64,000 bases of DNA from Anaerohalosphaeraceae bacterium (lineage in GTDB: Bacteria > Planctomycetota > Phycisphaerae > Sedimentisphaerales > Anaerohalosphaeraceae): NCBI GenBank assembly GCA_963675525.2, contig CAXXSL010000001.1, forward strand, positions 1 through 64,000, in the 5' to 3' direction. Below, piece after piece: positions 41,521-51,119 of this stretch (position 1 is its first letter; every line of letters starts with the position of its first letter). The notes beneath the pieces are model-generated. The model did no database searches. It was given only the letters and a program-made list of their open reading frames with translations, and had not been told where the DNA came from. The translations under genes were made by a program, and so were the position numbers.

Positions 41521-42297
41521 GTGATGGATAACCGAAAATACAAATTTAGGATGATTTTTATGGATCGACGGAATCACAGGCTGCTGTTGGTTATGCTGTT
41601 GACGGTTTTTGTTTTTTTTGCCGGCTGCATGAACAGACCGTGTGTGTTAGTGACCGGTTACTGGCCGCCGACAAACGAGATGCTGAGGCCCTTTAGTAAG
41701 AACCGTGCGTTGAATCCTCATCGTTGGCAGGGCAAAAACTGGCAGGGCACCGGTTATGATGTGGTGGCTTTTTTTCCCGTGTTTGAGAAAGGCACGGACG
41801 TGAACCCGAAAGGCAGCGGCGATTTTGAGGTGGATTATCAGGATACACTTGGGGATTTCAGGTGGTTGACGCTGACATTGCGGCCGGAGGCGATCATTTG
41901 TTACGGCCAGGGCGATGGCCCGTGGGAGATCGAACAAAATATTCCGTTTCGTCAACACTGGCGGTACGATTATAAAGAGCCGAAGCTGCCGGATTGTTTT
42001 TGCGGGTATATCGAACGGCACGATTTTGGGGATGTGCTGGCCTCAACGCTGCCGGTCGAAAAGATCGAAGAGAATGTCAGCAACAACGTGCCCGGCATGA
42101 GGGCGTGGGTGGATTGGGAAGGGGACCCGGGCGATTTTCTCTGCGGGTATCTGGCATTTCTGGCCGCGGACTATCAGCAAACGCATGAAAACTGCAAGGC
42201 CGCCGGATTTATTCATGTCGGTGGCGATGTGGATGTCCTAACCGCCCGAAAAGCCAACGAGGTCACGCTGAAAACGGTGATTGAAAACATCCGGTAG
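41521..42297 (+). CDS. Pyroglutamyl-peptidase I (C15)-like lipoprotein
   Basis: VLVTGYWPP, GDFLC and GFIHV motifs; lipobox FAGC. Confidence 0.75.
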   Translation: MMDNRKYKFRMIFMDRRNHRLLLVMLLTVFVFFAGCMNRPCVLVTGYWPPTNEMLRPFSKNRALNPHRWQGKNWQGTGYDVVAFFPVFEKGTDVNPKGSGDFEVDYQDTLGDFRWLTLTLRPEAIICYGQGDGPWEIEQNIPFRQHWRYDYKEPKLPDCFCGYIERHDFGDVLASTLPVEKIEENVSNNVPGMRAWVDWEGDPGDFLCGYLAFLAADYQQTHENCKAAGFIHVGGDVDVLTARKANEVTLKTVIENIR

Positions 42298-42391
42298 GGA
42301 CAGATGGTAAACAATGATGCACTGGTTGATTTTGATGATTTTGCCGTCCTTGCCGCCGAATGGCAGCAATAAGTCGCCCCTGTTCTGTTGC

Positions 42392-42778
42392 TTACAGCAT
42401 CGACGTGCCCCGTTTGGCCATTTGAATACACAACCCCCATGGATCTCTGAGCATTGCCAACTCATCGCCGTTATCGAGTTTTTCCGGATCGCTGACAATG
42501 GTGGCTCCGGCATCAACGCATTGTTTGACGGTCGCAGGCACATCCTCACAGACAAACGCAATGTGCAGTGTTAACGGATCCATGCTTGCGTAGTCCGGAA
42601 CGGGAACCTTTGGGTTATTATAAATTTCGAGCATGACCTGACCGGAGCAGTCGGCCAGAAAACGCACGGGAACAGGGGCATCGGCGGATCGCTTGATGAC
42701 GAAGCCGAAATGTTCGATATACCAGCGGGCCACCGCCGCCGGATCGGCAACCTGATATCCAAAATGTTCGATTCTCAT
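42392..42778 (-). CDS. VOC/glyoxalase-family protein
   Basis: IEHFG, LEIY, LHIAF and RDPWG motifs. Confidence 0.9.
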   Translation of the reverse strand: MRIEHFGYQVADPAAVARWYIEHFGFVIKRSADAPVPVRFLADCSGQVMLEIYNNPKVPVPDYASMDPLTLHIAFVCEDVPATVKQCVDAGATIVSDPEKLDNGDELAMLRDPWGLCIQMAKRGTSML

Positions 42779-42844
42779 AAGATTTCCTCAGCGCATTTAC
42801 AATAATTTATATTGATTATACCGAATAAAGACGAATATACCAGC

Positions 42845-42901
42845 ACCAAGGCCAATAAAGATAGTCCAGGGCAGGTGTTGGATGAGTTGATGGGCCAGTA
42901 G
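42845..42901 (+). repeat. 57-bp direct repeat, copy 1
   Basis: Core AATAAAGA...GGCAGGTGTTGGATGAGTTGATGGG shared by three copies. Confidence 0.9.
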
Positions 42902-42918
42902 GTAGGAGCTGTAAGGAA

Positions 42919-43770
42919 TTAAGAAATTGCAGTCTCGATACTACGATGAAGATCTTGAGCTTCTAATGTATATAAATCCGTAGGGGAGCTCACCTTGAAT
43001 TTCTCCGCTGCCAATTTCGTAACCAGACAGCCGAGCCCCACCATTGACCAGAGGAAAGTGTAAAATAATACCTTATCCAACACCCTCGTCTGGACGCTGC
43101 CCGGTACCTGTACGACGAAGAGCAAGGCATCATGTAAGTAGTGAAACACCATTGCCGCAATCAAAGACCGGGTCTTATAAGCCGTATAGGTAAATCCTAT
43201 TCCCATGATCATAACCGAGACCAGATCAATCCCTGAACTTAGGCTTATCCCTTTGAAATGTGATAAACCAAAAATGACGATTTGGATACCGGCTGCCATT
43301 TTGAGGGATTTCGTCAAACGAAGAAGAATCATCATCTGAATACCTCTGTAGAACACTTCTTCCCAGATACCGGGATTTAGGCAGAATACTAAATGGGTCA
43401 CCGTGACGGATTTAAAGCTCAGTTCATACTTCCCGGTGAGAATGGAAGCGAAAAGCATACCGGACAATGTGCATAGAGCCAGTGCCATCCCCAGCAAAAC
43501 GTGCCTCCATGTGTTTGGCGATGGATACAAGCCGATTTTTTTAGTGAAATCCTGAGTCCGAATTCTTCCAAAAGGGATACCGAAAATTTGTGGAAACAGG
43601 AAAAGTGCTGCAAATGCCGCAATGCTCCAGTTGACTAAAGAACTGGCGAGACGGGTTACCTCAATTTTAAAAATCATTTTCGCCAGGAGGCAGATCAGGA
43701 ATCCCAGCCCGGGAAAAACAACGGTCAAGGCAATAGACCGAACCACCGCTCTGATTTTTTTTCCATGCAT
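42919..43770 (-). CDS. CPBP/CAAX (Abi-family) intramembrane protease
   Basis: EEVFYRG, FGLSH and HYLHD motifs. Confidence 0.9.
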   Translation of the reverse strand: MHGKKIRAVVRSIALTVVFPGLGFLICLLAKMIFKIEVTRLASSLVNWSIAAFAALFLFPQIFGIPFGRIRTQDFTKKIGLYPSPNTWRHVLLGMALALCTLSGMLFASILTGKYELSFKSVTVTHLVFCLNPGIWEEVFYRGIQMMILLRLTKSLKMAAGIQIVIFGLSHFKGISLSSGIDLVSVMIMGIGFTYTAYKTRSLIAAMVFHYLHDALLFVVQVPGSVQTRVLDKVLFYTFLWSMVGLGCLVTKLAAEKFKVSSPTDLYTLEAQDLHRSIETAIS

Positions 43771-43934
43771 TTCGTGTCCTTATTACGGCCAGACGATAAG
43801 ACGAAAAGTCAAAATATATTAACTGAAAGTGAATAATATACAATGAAAATTTATGACTGTAGCAAAAAAAGCTGTAGTAGAGTTCAGGGTGTTGGAGTGA
43901 CCCATTGGTTTCGAATGAATATTATAATAAGTCT

Positions 43935-43991
43935 ACCGATGCCAATAAAGACAACCCAAGGCAGGTGTTGGATGAGTTGATGGGGGAGTAG
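43935..43991 (+). repeat. 57-bp direct repeat, copy 2
   Basis: Same core as copy 1. Confidence 0.9.
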
Positions 43992-44138
43992 AGGGGAAAT
44001 AGGGTTTTTCGCCAATTTTTGAGGAAAATATACGTGGTTATTACTGATACAGTGATTTCTGTTGTAGAAATGCCTTGAAAAGGGATCACTACTGTACTAT
44101 TTATAATATTATATCAACCTTTCTATTCTGTTGTAAGG

Positions 44139-44726
44139 ATGCTCAAAATGATGAAACGACAACTTAACATACTTACAGCTATAATTGTATGCCTGTGCCT
44201 TGTCGGGTGTTCTGCCGTTCCAAACGCAAAGATAACAAATGTGGACAGTTTCACTGTAGCACAAGCCTTGTATGAGAACGGAGCGTCTCGAACAGAAACA
44301 ACGGTGAATGATATGCTGGGAGCTGCGATGTCTAAAGATTTAGAAAAAAAGTTCCCAAAACTTCCTAAAAGTGGCCATAGCAACTTTGTGACTCATCGAA
44401 GTGTATTCCCTGCTCCTGAAGTTATTCATAATAATAAAAAGACAACAGCGAAATATGACTTATCACGAGGATTCGATACTCTTCAGTGCAAAGATACAAT
44501 CACACTGTATGTTCAGCAATCCAACGAAACAATTCTGTCAGTTAAATGTGAAACAAAGCATATAAGTTTTCCTGTAGGCATCCTCTTTCATTGGCTTACT
44601 CCTTACAAACGTGATTATAGACGTGAACAGACGCTGATGATTAACACCACTGAATATTTACAGGCAGATCATCAGGCACAGATCGAATGGCTCGGTAAAT
44701 GGCGACCCGATTCAGATAGCCCATAG
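44139..44726 (+). CDS. Hypothetical lipoprotein
   Basis: Lipobox LVGC; AT-rich. Confidence 0.65.
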   Translation: MLKMMKRQLNILTAIIVCLCLVGCSAVPNAKITNVDSFTVAQALYENGASRTETTVNDMLGAAMSKDLEKKFPKLPKSGHSNFVTHRSVFPAPEVIHNNKKTTAKYDLSRGFDTLQCKDTITLYVQQSNETILSVKCETKHISFPVGILFHWLTPYKRDYRREQTLMINTTEYLQADHQAQIEWLGKWRPDSDSP

Positions 44727-44748
44727 GCAGTTATTTTATTCAAAAGTC

Positions 44749-44805
44749 ACTGATGCTAATAAAGACAGGGCACGGCAGGTGTTGGATGAGTTGATGGGGG
44801 AGTGA
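44749..44805 (+). repeat. 57-bp direct repeat, copy 3
   Basis: Same core as copy 1. Confidence 0.9.
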
Positions 44806-44851
44806 AGAGATTGACGAGTCATGGTGCTATTGTGACAGTATTTTCTGCTTT

Positions 44852-45568
44852 CTACCATGACTCTGCCCAATATACAATTATCTTCTTCATTTTACTGATT
44901 GCTACACCGCAACTTTCTCCGTGGTTGAAACCCTCCGAATGTATAACTATTATTTCGAAATCATCAGGAAATTCATAACTCTCGGAATCATTTGTATAGA
45001 AGTTAGTTGTCCAAACATCCGCCTCTCTTAAATGGTCGTTACAATCTCCACCGATAAATGTCTGATTTTTTATTTCCGAAAAGTGTTTATATAACTCCGC
45101 TATATTTTCGTCTGTCGTTGTATATCGAAGCTGAATACATGCACCACCTTGAAGAAAAGCAGGGCAAAAGAAGAATTTCACTTTTTTCATATCTGCATCA
45201 ATTTTGGATGGGAAATGCTTGACTAAATCTTTGTGGAAGCTCCAATATCCGTTTAAGATCTTCTCGTATTTCTTGATATTGGTGACATTTGTTAATGAAG
45301 GTAAAATCATTTCAGCTGGGATAGTAAGAAATCCCCAAATCCCAACAACTATCCAACAAAGAACAATAGCTATATTAAGTAAGATTTTTTGTTTGGTAAA
45401 CTGTTTCAAAGTAAATGTAGCCCAAAAGATAATTGCTGGCGTAAAGAAAAATAAATATGTTATAAATGATGTTATAATACCAGTGCGACTCCAGCGATAA
45501 CATTGTATGATCCCAATTGCACTAAATAGTATTGCTAGAACCAAATATAACCATTCAAGCTTTTTCAT
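44852..45568 (-). CDS. Hypothetical membrane protein (three N-terminal TM helices)
   Basis: AT-rich 238-aa ORF with RBS GGAG. Confidence 0.7.
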   Translation of the reverse strand: MKKLEWLYLVLAILFSAIGIIQCYRWSRTGIITSFITYLFFFTPAIIFWATFTLKQFTKQKILLNIAIVLCWIVVGIWGFLTIPAEMILPSLTNVTNIKKYEKILNGYWSFHKDLVKHFPSKIDADMKKVKFFFCPAFLQGGACIQLRYTTTDENIAELYKHFSEIKNQTFIGGDCNDHLREADVWTTNFYTNDSESYEFPDDFEIIVIHSEGFNHGESCGVAISKMKKIIVYWAESW

Positions 45569-45794
45569 TTTTCATTCTCCAGTATGCTACCACTCACTAC
45601 CTATCACCATGTTTATCCCAAATTATAGAAAAACAGAGTTAAATAGTCAATATTTTACGGTATTCCACTCCAAGCCTACTCCAAGTCCACAAAAAGACCA
45701 CTTGACTCTGACGCTCACAGACCGCAGAGGGTAATATTTTCCCCTTGACAAACGGCTTAAAATCTGTATATATGCTTTGGAAATAAGCACTTAG

Positions 45795-45865
45795 GCGGGT
45801 GTAGTTCAGTGGTAGAACACCAGCTTCCCAAGCTGGATACGCCAGTTCGATTCTGGTCACCCGCA
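45795..45865 (+). tRNA. tRNA-Gly (CCC)
   Basis: Cloverleaf: acceptor GCGGGTG/CACCCGC, anticodon arm CCAGC-TTCCCAA-GCTGG, T-loop TTCGATT; CCA not encoded. Confidence 0.95.
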
Positions 45866-45983
45866 GTTTTTATCGCATGAACAAACAAACGCCTCAATCC
45901 GTTGCGGATTTTCACTCCTTTTTGGCGGTCTTTTTGATTTCCGGCGGTTTGCGGTTTTGCAATACCAGTAAAACAGGTTACTT

Positions 45984-47876
45984 ATGGCATTATTAAGTAT
46001 TCGTGATATTCGTATGGGTTTTGGACAGGCCGATGTTCTGGAGAATGTTTCTGTCCAGATCGAGCCGGCCGAACGCATTTGTCTGATCGGCCGTAACGGC
46101 GAGGGCAAGACGACGCTGATGCGGATTCTCAATGGTGATCTTGAACCGCTTTCCGGCCAGATCATCCGGCAGCCGGGGCTTAAGACGGCGATGCTGGACC
46201 AGAAAGTCCCGCAGGACATTCAGGGTACGGTGTTCGACCAGATCACAGCCGGACTTGGGCCTAAAGCACGACTTTTGAAGCAATACCACGAAGTCAGCCG
46301 GCAACTGTCACTGAACGGAAGTGATGGGTTGCTTCGCCAACTGGACCGGATTCAGCACACAATCGAGGCCGAGGGTGCCTGGCATGTCCATCAGCAGGTC
46401 GAAACGGTCATTTCCCATTTAAAGCTGGATGCTGACGCGGAGGTTTCCACGTTGTCGGCGGGCCTAAAACGGCGCGTGCTGTTGGGGCGGGCGCTGGTGG
46501 CCGAACCGGATGTATTGCTGCTGGATGAACCCACGAACCATCTGGATGTGGATTCGATCGTCTGGCTGGAAGCCTTTTTAGAGAAATACCCCGGAACGCT
46601 GGTGTTTGTGACGCATGATAGAATGTTTCTTAGGAAACTTTCGACACGCATTGTGGATATCGACCGGGGGCAGGTACGAAGCTGGCAGTGCGGCTATGAT
46701 GAGTTCGTGGTTCGCAAGCAGGGGTTGCTGGATGCCGAAGCCAAACAGCAGGAGCTGTTCGATAAAAAACTGGCTCAGGAGGAAGTCTGGATTCGCAAGG
46801 GGATTCAGGCCCGCCGAACGCGCAACGAAGGTCGCGTGCATGACTTGATGAAGATGCGGCAGCAACGACGTCAACGGCGTGAACTTCTCGGAAAAGTGCG
46901 AATGGAAGCACATAAGGCCGTCGATTCCGGCAATCTGGTTATCGAGGCGCTGGGGGTGGACTTTGTCTATCCCGGCGGTTTGGAGAAAGTCATCAGCAAT
47001 TTTACCGCGACGATCATGCGCGGCGACAAGATCGGCATCATCGGCCCCAACGGAAGCGGCAAGACGACTCTGCTGAAAGTCTTACTGGGTGAGCTGAAAG
47101 CGACAGACGGTACGATCCGGCAGGGGACAAAGCTGGAGATTTCCTATTTTGACCAGCTTCACTGTCAACTGGACGACGATAAATCCGTCTGGGAAAATGT
47201 TGCTGACGGCTACAGCACGGTTAAGATCAACGGCAAAGATAAGAACGTTGTCGGATATTTGCAGGACTTTTTGTTTACTCCGCAACAGGCCCGCAATCGC
47301 GTGGCAAATCTTTCCGGCGGCGAGCGAAACCGGCTTTTGTTGGCCCGGCTGTTCGCCAAACCGTCGAATATGCTGGTGCTGGATGAACCGACCAATGACC
47401 TCGACATGGAGACACTGGAACTATTAGAGGAATTACTGGTCGATTATACCGGTACGGTGCTGCTGGTCAGTCACGACCGTGCATTCCTGAATAATGTCGT
47501 GACCGGTACGTTTGTCCTGCAAGGGCAGGGACGGATCAAGGAATATGTCGGTGGTTATGATGACTGGCTGAGGCAGCGAAGTGAACAAATGCCTGCTGAA
47601 ATAGCCGAGTATGATAAGAAAGAGAAAAAACACAAACCCCGTTCTCAAAAGCCCAAAAAGCTCAGCTATAAAGAGCAGAAGGAACTGGAGTCGTTGCCGC
47701 TACGGATCGAAGAATTGGAAACAGAGCAGGCAAAATTACATGAAGAAATGATCCGCCCGGCGTTTTACAAACAGGACGCGGCGGAGATCGCCAAAGTAGC
47801 GGACAGGACAAAGCAGATCGAAGAAGAACTCACTACCGCCTATGCCCGATGGGAACAATTGGAGGCAAACGATTAA
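45984..47876 (+). CDS. uup: ABC-F family ATPase Uup
   Basis: Two ABC domains, GIQARRTRNEGRV linker and KLSYKEQKEL C-terminal coiled coil. Confidence 0.92.
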   Translation: MALLSIRDIRMGFGQADVLENVSVQIEPAERICLIGRNGEGKTTLMRILNGDLEPLSGQIIRQPGLKTAMLDQKVPQDIQGTVFDQITAGLGPKARLLKQYHEVSRQLSLNGSDGLLRQLDRIQHTIEAEGAWHVHQQVETVISHLKLDADAEVSTLSAGLKRRVLLGRALVAEPDVLLLDEPTNHLDVDSIVWLEAFLEKYPGTLVFVTHDRMFLRKLSTRIVDIDRGQVRSWQCGYDEFVVRKQGLLDAEAKQQELFDKKLAQEEVWIRKGIQARRTRNEGRVHDLMKMRQQRRQRRELLGKVRMEAHKAVDSGNLVIEALGVDFVYPGGLEKVISNFTATIMRGDKIGIIGPNGSGKTTLLKVLLGELKATDGTIRQGTKLEISYFDQLHCQLDDDKSVWENVADGYSTVKINGKDKNVVGYLQDFLFTPQQARNRVANLSGGERNRLLLARLFAKPSNMLVLDEPTNDLDMETLELLEELLVDYTGTVLLVSHDRAFLNNVVTGTFVLQGQGRIKEYVGGYDDWLRQRSEQMPAEIAEYDKKEKKHKPRSQKPKKLSYKEQKELESLPLRIEELETEQAKLHEEMIRPAFYKQDAAEIAKVADRTKQIEEELTTAYARWEQLEAND

Positions 47877-48661
47877 AGTTGAACGACAAATTCCTTTTTT
47901 CGAGTGTCCATCTGGGCTTTCAGGCGGGCAACGATTGACGAATGCATCTGTGATACGCGCGATTCAGAAAGATCCAGCGTGGCACCGATCTCCTTCATGG
48001 TCATTTCTTCGTAATAATACAAAAAGACGATCAGTTTCTCGGCACGGGTCAGACCTTTGGAGACAAGGTTTTTCAGGTCCCGCTTCTGGGCTTCGGTAAC
48101 GGGGTTTTTGCTTTTCTGATCCTGAATGATGTTCAGCTCGGTAATGTCTTTTTCGCCGTCGTTCTCATTGAACTTGTTGTTCAGCGAGATCAGGCCGATC
48201 GCGTTGGCATCCCGCTGTAAACGATGAAATTCATCTCCTTCCAGTTGCAGTTCGCCTGCCAGTTCATCTTCAGTCGGGATGCGTCCCAACTGGGCCTGAA
48301 GTGTCTGGCGGGCGCGATCCAGTTGATGGGCGCGGGCTCTGACCAGGCGGGGGACCCAATCCATGCTGCGGAGTTCGTCAAGAATGCTGCCGCGGATGCG
48401 CGGGGCACAATAGGTTTCAAACTTGACGCCGCGTTCCGGGTCGAATGCGTCAATCGCATCCATTAAACCGAAAATTCCGGCCTGGATCAAATCATCCACT
48501 TCGACTTTATCCGGCAGTTTGACCCAAATACGTTCAGCGGTATATTTTACGAGGTAAAGGTATTTTTCCATCAGGATGTTGCGACATGCCTCCGAATGGG
48601 TTTCGAAGAAGTCGCTCCAGACCTGCTGGATATCAATGTCTTGTGCGTGGGCGGCTTTCAT
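47873..48661 (-). CDS. fliA: FliA/WhiG-family sigma-28 factor
   Basis: GVKFETY..PRIRGSILDELRSMDWVPR and MKEIGATLDLSESRVSQMHS motifs. Confidence 0.93.
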   Translation of the reverse strand: MKAAHAQDIDIQQVWSDFFETHSEACRNILMEKYLYLVKYTAERIWVKLPDKVEVDDLIQAGIFGLMDAIDAFDPERGVKFETYCAPRIRGSILDELRSMDWVPRLVRARAHQLDRARQTLQAQLGRIPTEDELAGELQLEGDEFHRLQRDANAIGLISLNNKFNENDGEKDITELNIIQDQKSKNPVTEAQKRDLKNLVSKGLTRAEKLIVFLYYYEEMTMKEIGATLDLSESRVSQMHSSIVARLKAQMDTRKKEFVVQL

Positions 48662-48783
48662 ACCTAAAACCTCCGTGTTTTAAAGTATTTTTCTATTTTA
48701 CTAACGGTTAGTCCGATAAATTTCACCCGAGTGCCTTTTTGACAGTTATAAAACGTCATTCGGCTCTATTGTTGAGCAAAATA

Positions 48784-48811
48784 CTATCGGTTGAAAATCA
48801 GGGCAACTTTA
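48784..48811 (-). promoter_or_regulatory. Sigma-28-type promoter upstream of fliA
   Basis: TAAAGTTG...ACCGATAG (TAAA-N16-ACCGATAG). Confidence 0.55.
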
Positions 48812-49636
48812 GAAGAACCAATTAACAACTTTTTTGAAAAATCCCTCGGAACCGGTTCTTCGTATGGTTCCCTTTGTCAGGCGATTGCTGATGGCGATCA
48901 ATGCTTTGGAGATCGAGGCCTTGGGATAAGCCAAAACCACCGGTTCTCTGCGACGGACCGCCTGCAGCAGGCTGTCATCCCTGCACACAACGCCTGCTTC
49001 ATAGACGGCTGTATTAAGGAACCGTCCCGCCACATCAGCAATTTGGCGATAAATCTTTTTGCCTTCCGCCAGAGAGTCGGCCATATTGACCAGCAGACTG
49101 ATCCGGCCGGTGTAATTTTTGGAGGCCAGTACCTTGATCATGGCGTAAGCATCTGTCATGGCGGTCGGTTCCGGCGTGGTGACCACCAGCGTATGGTCGG
49201 CGGCCAGGCAAAAAGCGATCACCGTGGAATGAATCCCTGCTCCCGTGTCGATGATGATGACCTCAGAGCGTTCCTGCAGATGATCCAGTTCTTCGATGAG
49301 ACGCTGCCGTTGGAACGTACTGAGGTTGGCCAGGCTTTCAATTCCTGAACCGCCGCAGATAACCTCGATACCGCAGGGACCGATCTGGGTTATTTCTTCG
49401 AGGGTACGTTTTCCCGCAACCACATGTGAAAGGTTGTAACGGGCGTTCAGGTTCATCAGAACGTCCAGATTACCCAGGCCCAGATCTGCGTCCATCAGGA
49501 CGACCCGCTGATTCTCGGCGGCCATACAGAGTGACAGATTGGTCGCGAGGTTCGTTTTTCCGACTCCGCCTTTACCGCTGGTAACCGCAAGAACCATAGC
49601 GCCCCCGTTTTCATTGCTGCTTTGTTGTAAATGCAT
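48809..49636 (-). CDS. flhG: FlhG/FleN-type MinD-family ATPase
   Basis: SGKGGVGKTN, DADLGLGNLD and TPEPTAMTDAYAMIK motifs; directly upstream of fliA. Confidence 0.8.
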   Translation of the reverse strand: MHLQQSSNENGGAMVLAVTSGKGGVGKTNLATNLSLCMAAENQRVVLMDADLGLGNLDVLMNLNARYNLSHVVAGKRTLEEITQIGPCGIEVICGGSGIESLANLSTFQRQRLIEELDHLQERSEVIIIDTGAGIHSTVIAFCLAADHTLVVTTPEPTAMTDAYAMIKVLASKNYTGRISLLVNMADSLAEGKKIYRQIADVAGRFLNTAVYEAGVVCRDDSLLQAVRRREPVVLAYPKASISKALIAISNRLTKGTIRRTGSEGFFKKVVNWFF

Positions 49637-49807
49637 CGTTTTGTCCCGGCTTAATACAATGACTTCGTTTTCTCCCTGCTTTGCCGGTCCTGGCGCTGTA
49701 CAGATCGCGGTTCAGTCCTTAAGCAGTACTCATGATGAATCGACCCTTATACCCTATAACAAGGATGATTTCAAGTAAATAGGTTCGATTCATTCTGTTT
49801 TAACACT

Positions 49808-50221
49808 CTATCTGGCGTTGCGTTGCTGTTTGTGCCTGAGCAGTTCAACAGCAATCCTGTTGTTCATTAAATTTTCAGAGAGCTTATGGATTTGCAACTG
49901 TAAATATTGCTTCAAATCGGTTGTCAGGAGTTTTTCAGCGTGGCTGTCAACGACGGGAAGGGCGTCGAAGCAGCCGTCCTGTCCAAATCGTACATGTTCG
50001 CGATCACACAGCAGCAGACGCTGAGAAGAGACGTGTTCTGCAATAGCATCGGTCATACAGCCGGAAAATTCAGCGACAGGCATGTCCTGTGGGCGAAATC
50101 CGTCATGGTTGTAATCGAAAAGATTTCGGGTCAGCACCTCACGCCGACGTTCGGTAAATTCAATAATCCGCGTCAGGATTTCGGTAATGTTATCAATTGT
50201 TGGTGTTGTTGTTAGTTTCAT
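49808..50221 (-). CDS. Degenerate FlgB-like protein
   Basis: RREVLTRNLFDYNHDGFRPQD aligns by eye with the FlgB R..vla.NiAN.dTPGY...D motif; C-terminal KLSEN helix. Confidence 0.55.
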   Translation of the reverse strand: MKLTTTPTIDNITEILTRIIEFTERRREVLTRNLFDYNHDGFRPQDMPVAEFSGCMTDAIAEHVSSQRLLLCDREHVRFGQDGCFDALPVVDSHAEKLLTTDLKQYLQLQIHKLSENLMNNRIAVELLRHKQQRNAR

Positions 50222-50249
50222 CTGCCGGCTTCCGTGCCTGTTTAGGTCC

Positions 50250-50531
50250 TTACGTATTTGAAGTTACTGATTGATAGCTTTGGATATTGAGGAGGTCACG
50301 AATTTCACTCAATGTTTTAGTTTTGCGAAGTTCCTGAATCTTCCAGAGTTGTTTAAACACGGATTCATCGTAGAGACGGTGTCCGCCTTCGGTCCAGTCC
50401 GATTCCTGAATGAGTCCCATGGTTGTGTAATTATGGATGGTTTGGCGTGTGAAGGGGGTATGACGAACGATCTCACCGATTCGATACAATTTGGCCGGAA
50501 TCTGAAACGCTCCGCCTTCGTTTGTCCGCAT
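50250..50531 (-). CDS. Short MerR-family HTH regulator (no effector domain)
   Basis: YRIGEI...QTIHNYTTMGLI...TEGGHRLY. Confidence 0.88.
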   Translation of the reverse strand: MRTNEGGAFQIPAKLYRIGEIVRHTPFTRQTIHNYTTMGLIQESDWTEGGHRLYDESVFKQLWKIQELRKTKTLSEIRDLLNIQSYQSVTSNT

Positions 50532-50627
50532 GACCCGTCCCTCTCAACCTAAAGATGCAATTGCTGTTTACTGACGTTTCTCCTGATTTCATAACGGCTT
50601 CCGTGAGAGCATATCCGAAAGCCAATC

Positions 50628-50673
50628 AGCTGTTACATTTTGTAAAATGTAACAGCTAACCTGTTAATGTCAA
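50628..50673 (-). promoter_or_regulatory. Sigma-70 promoter overlapped by a 30-bp inverted repeat with perfect arms
   Basis: TTGACA-N16-TACATT; AGCTGTTACATTTT-GT-AAAATGTAACAGCT at 50628-50657. Confidence 0.7.
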
Positions 50674-51014
50674 ATTTTTTCTGCTATTTTTTTTAATTTT
50701 TAAGAAAATTTTATGTATTTTTATGTTATCGGACATTTTAGAAGATGAACCATCCCCAAGACTTGCGATTCCGTAGCCGGAAATATCTTGTAGATTGCTA
50801 TCCGGATTGAGGAAACGATCATTCTGTTTAATTCATTTCGGAATCAACCAAGAGTACGATGCATGAGGGCTTGTGGGCGATAAAAGGCGGCTTGCCGGGC
50901 TGTTTGAAACGTGTTGCTGACAACCGGATAAGGCTGGGGCTGAATTAATGGGTTGAATTTGTTCGAAATTGCGCCGGATTTATAGCTTTTTAACGCAATT
51001 TTTAAATTGTAGAT

Positions 51015-51041
51015 TAAATTGTTTTGTACATTTTCCGATAT
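51015..51041 (+). promoter_or_regulatory. Sigma-28-type promoter upstream of the diguanylate cyclase
   Basis: TAAA-N15-TCCGATAT. Confidence 0.6.
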
Positions 51042-51119
51042 AGCTCCCGTAAGCACAAGGTGATTACAGAGATTTAAGACAGCGATTATAATAAAAATCA
51101 AAAGAGCCTGATCGAGCGT

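Noticed and set aside
42845..44805. CRISPR array or integron attC sites
   Set aside because: Spacing is ~0.8-1.1 kb with whole genes between copies, the repeat is not palindromic and lacks RYYYAAC/GTTRRRY ends, and no cas or intI gene is present
50222..50610. CACGGAAGCC motifs as CsrA-binding sites
   Set aside because: ACGGAAG also precedes rpsI, so it may simply be this organism's ribosome-binding variant; not enough support
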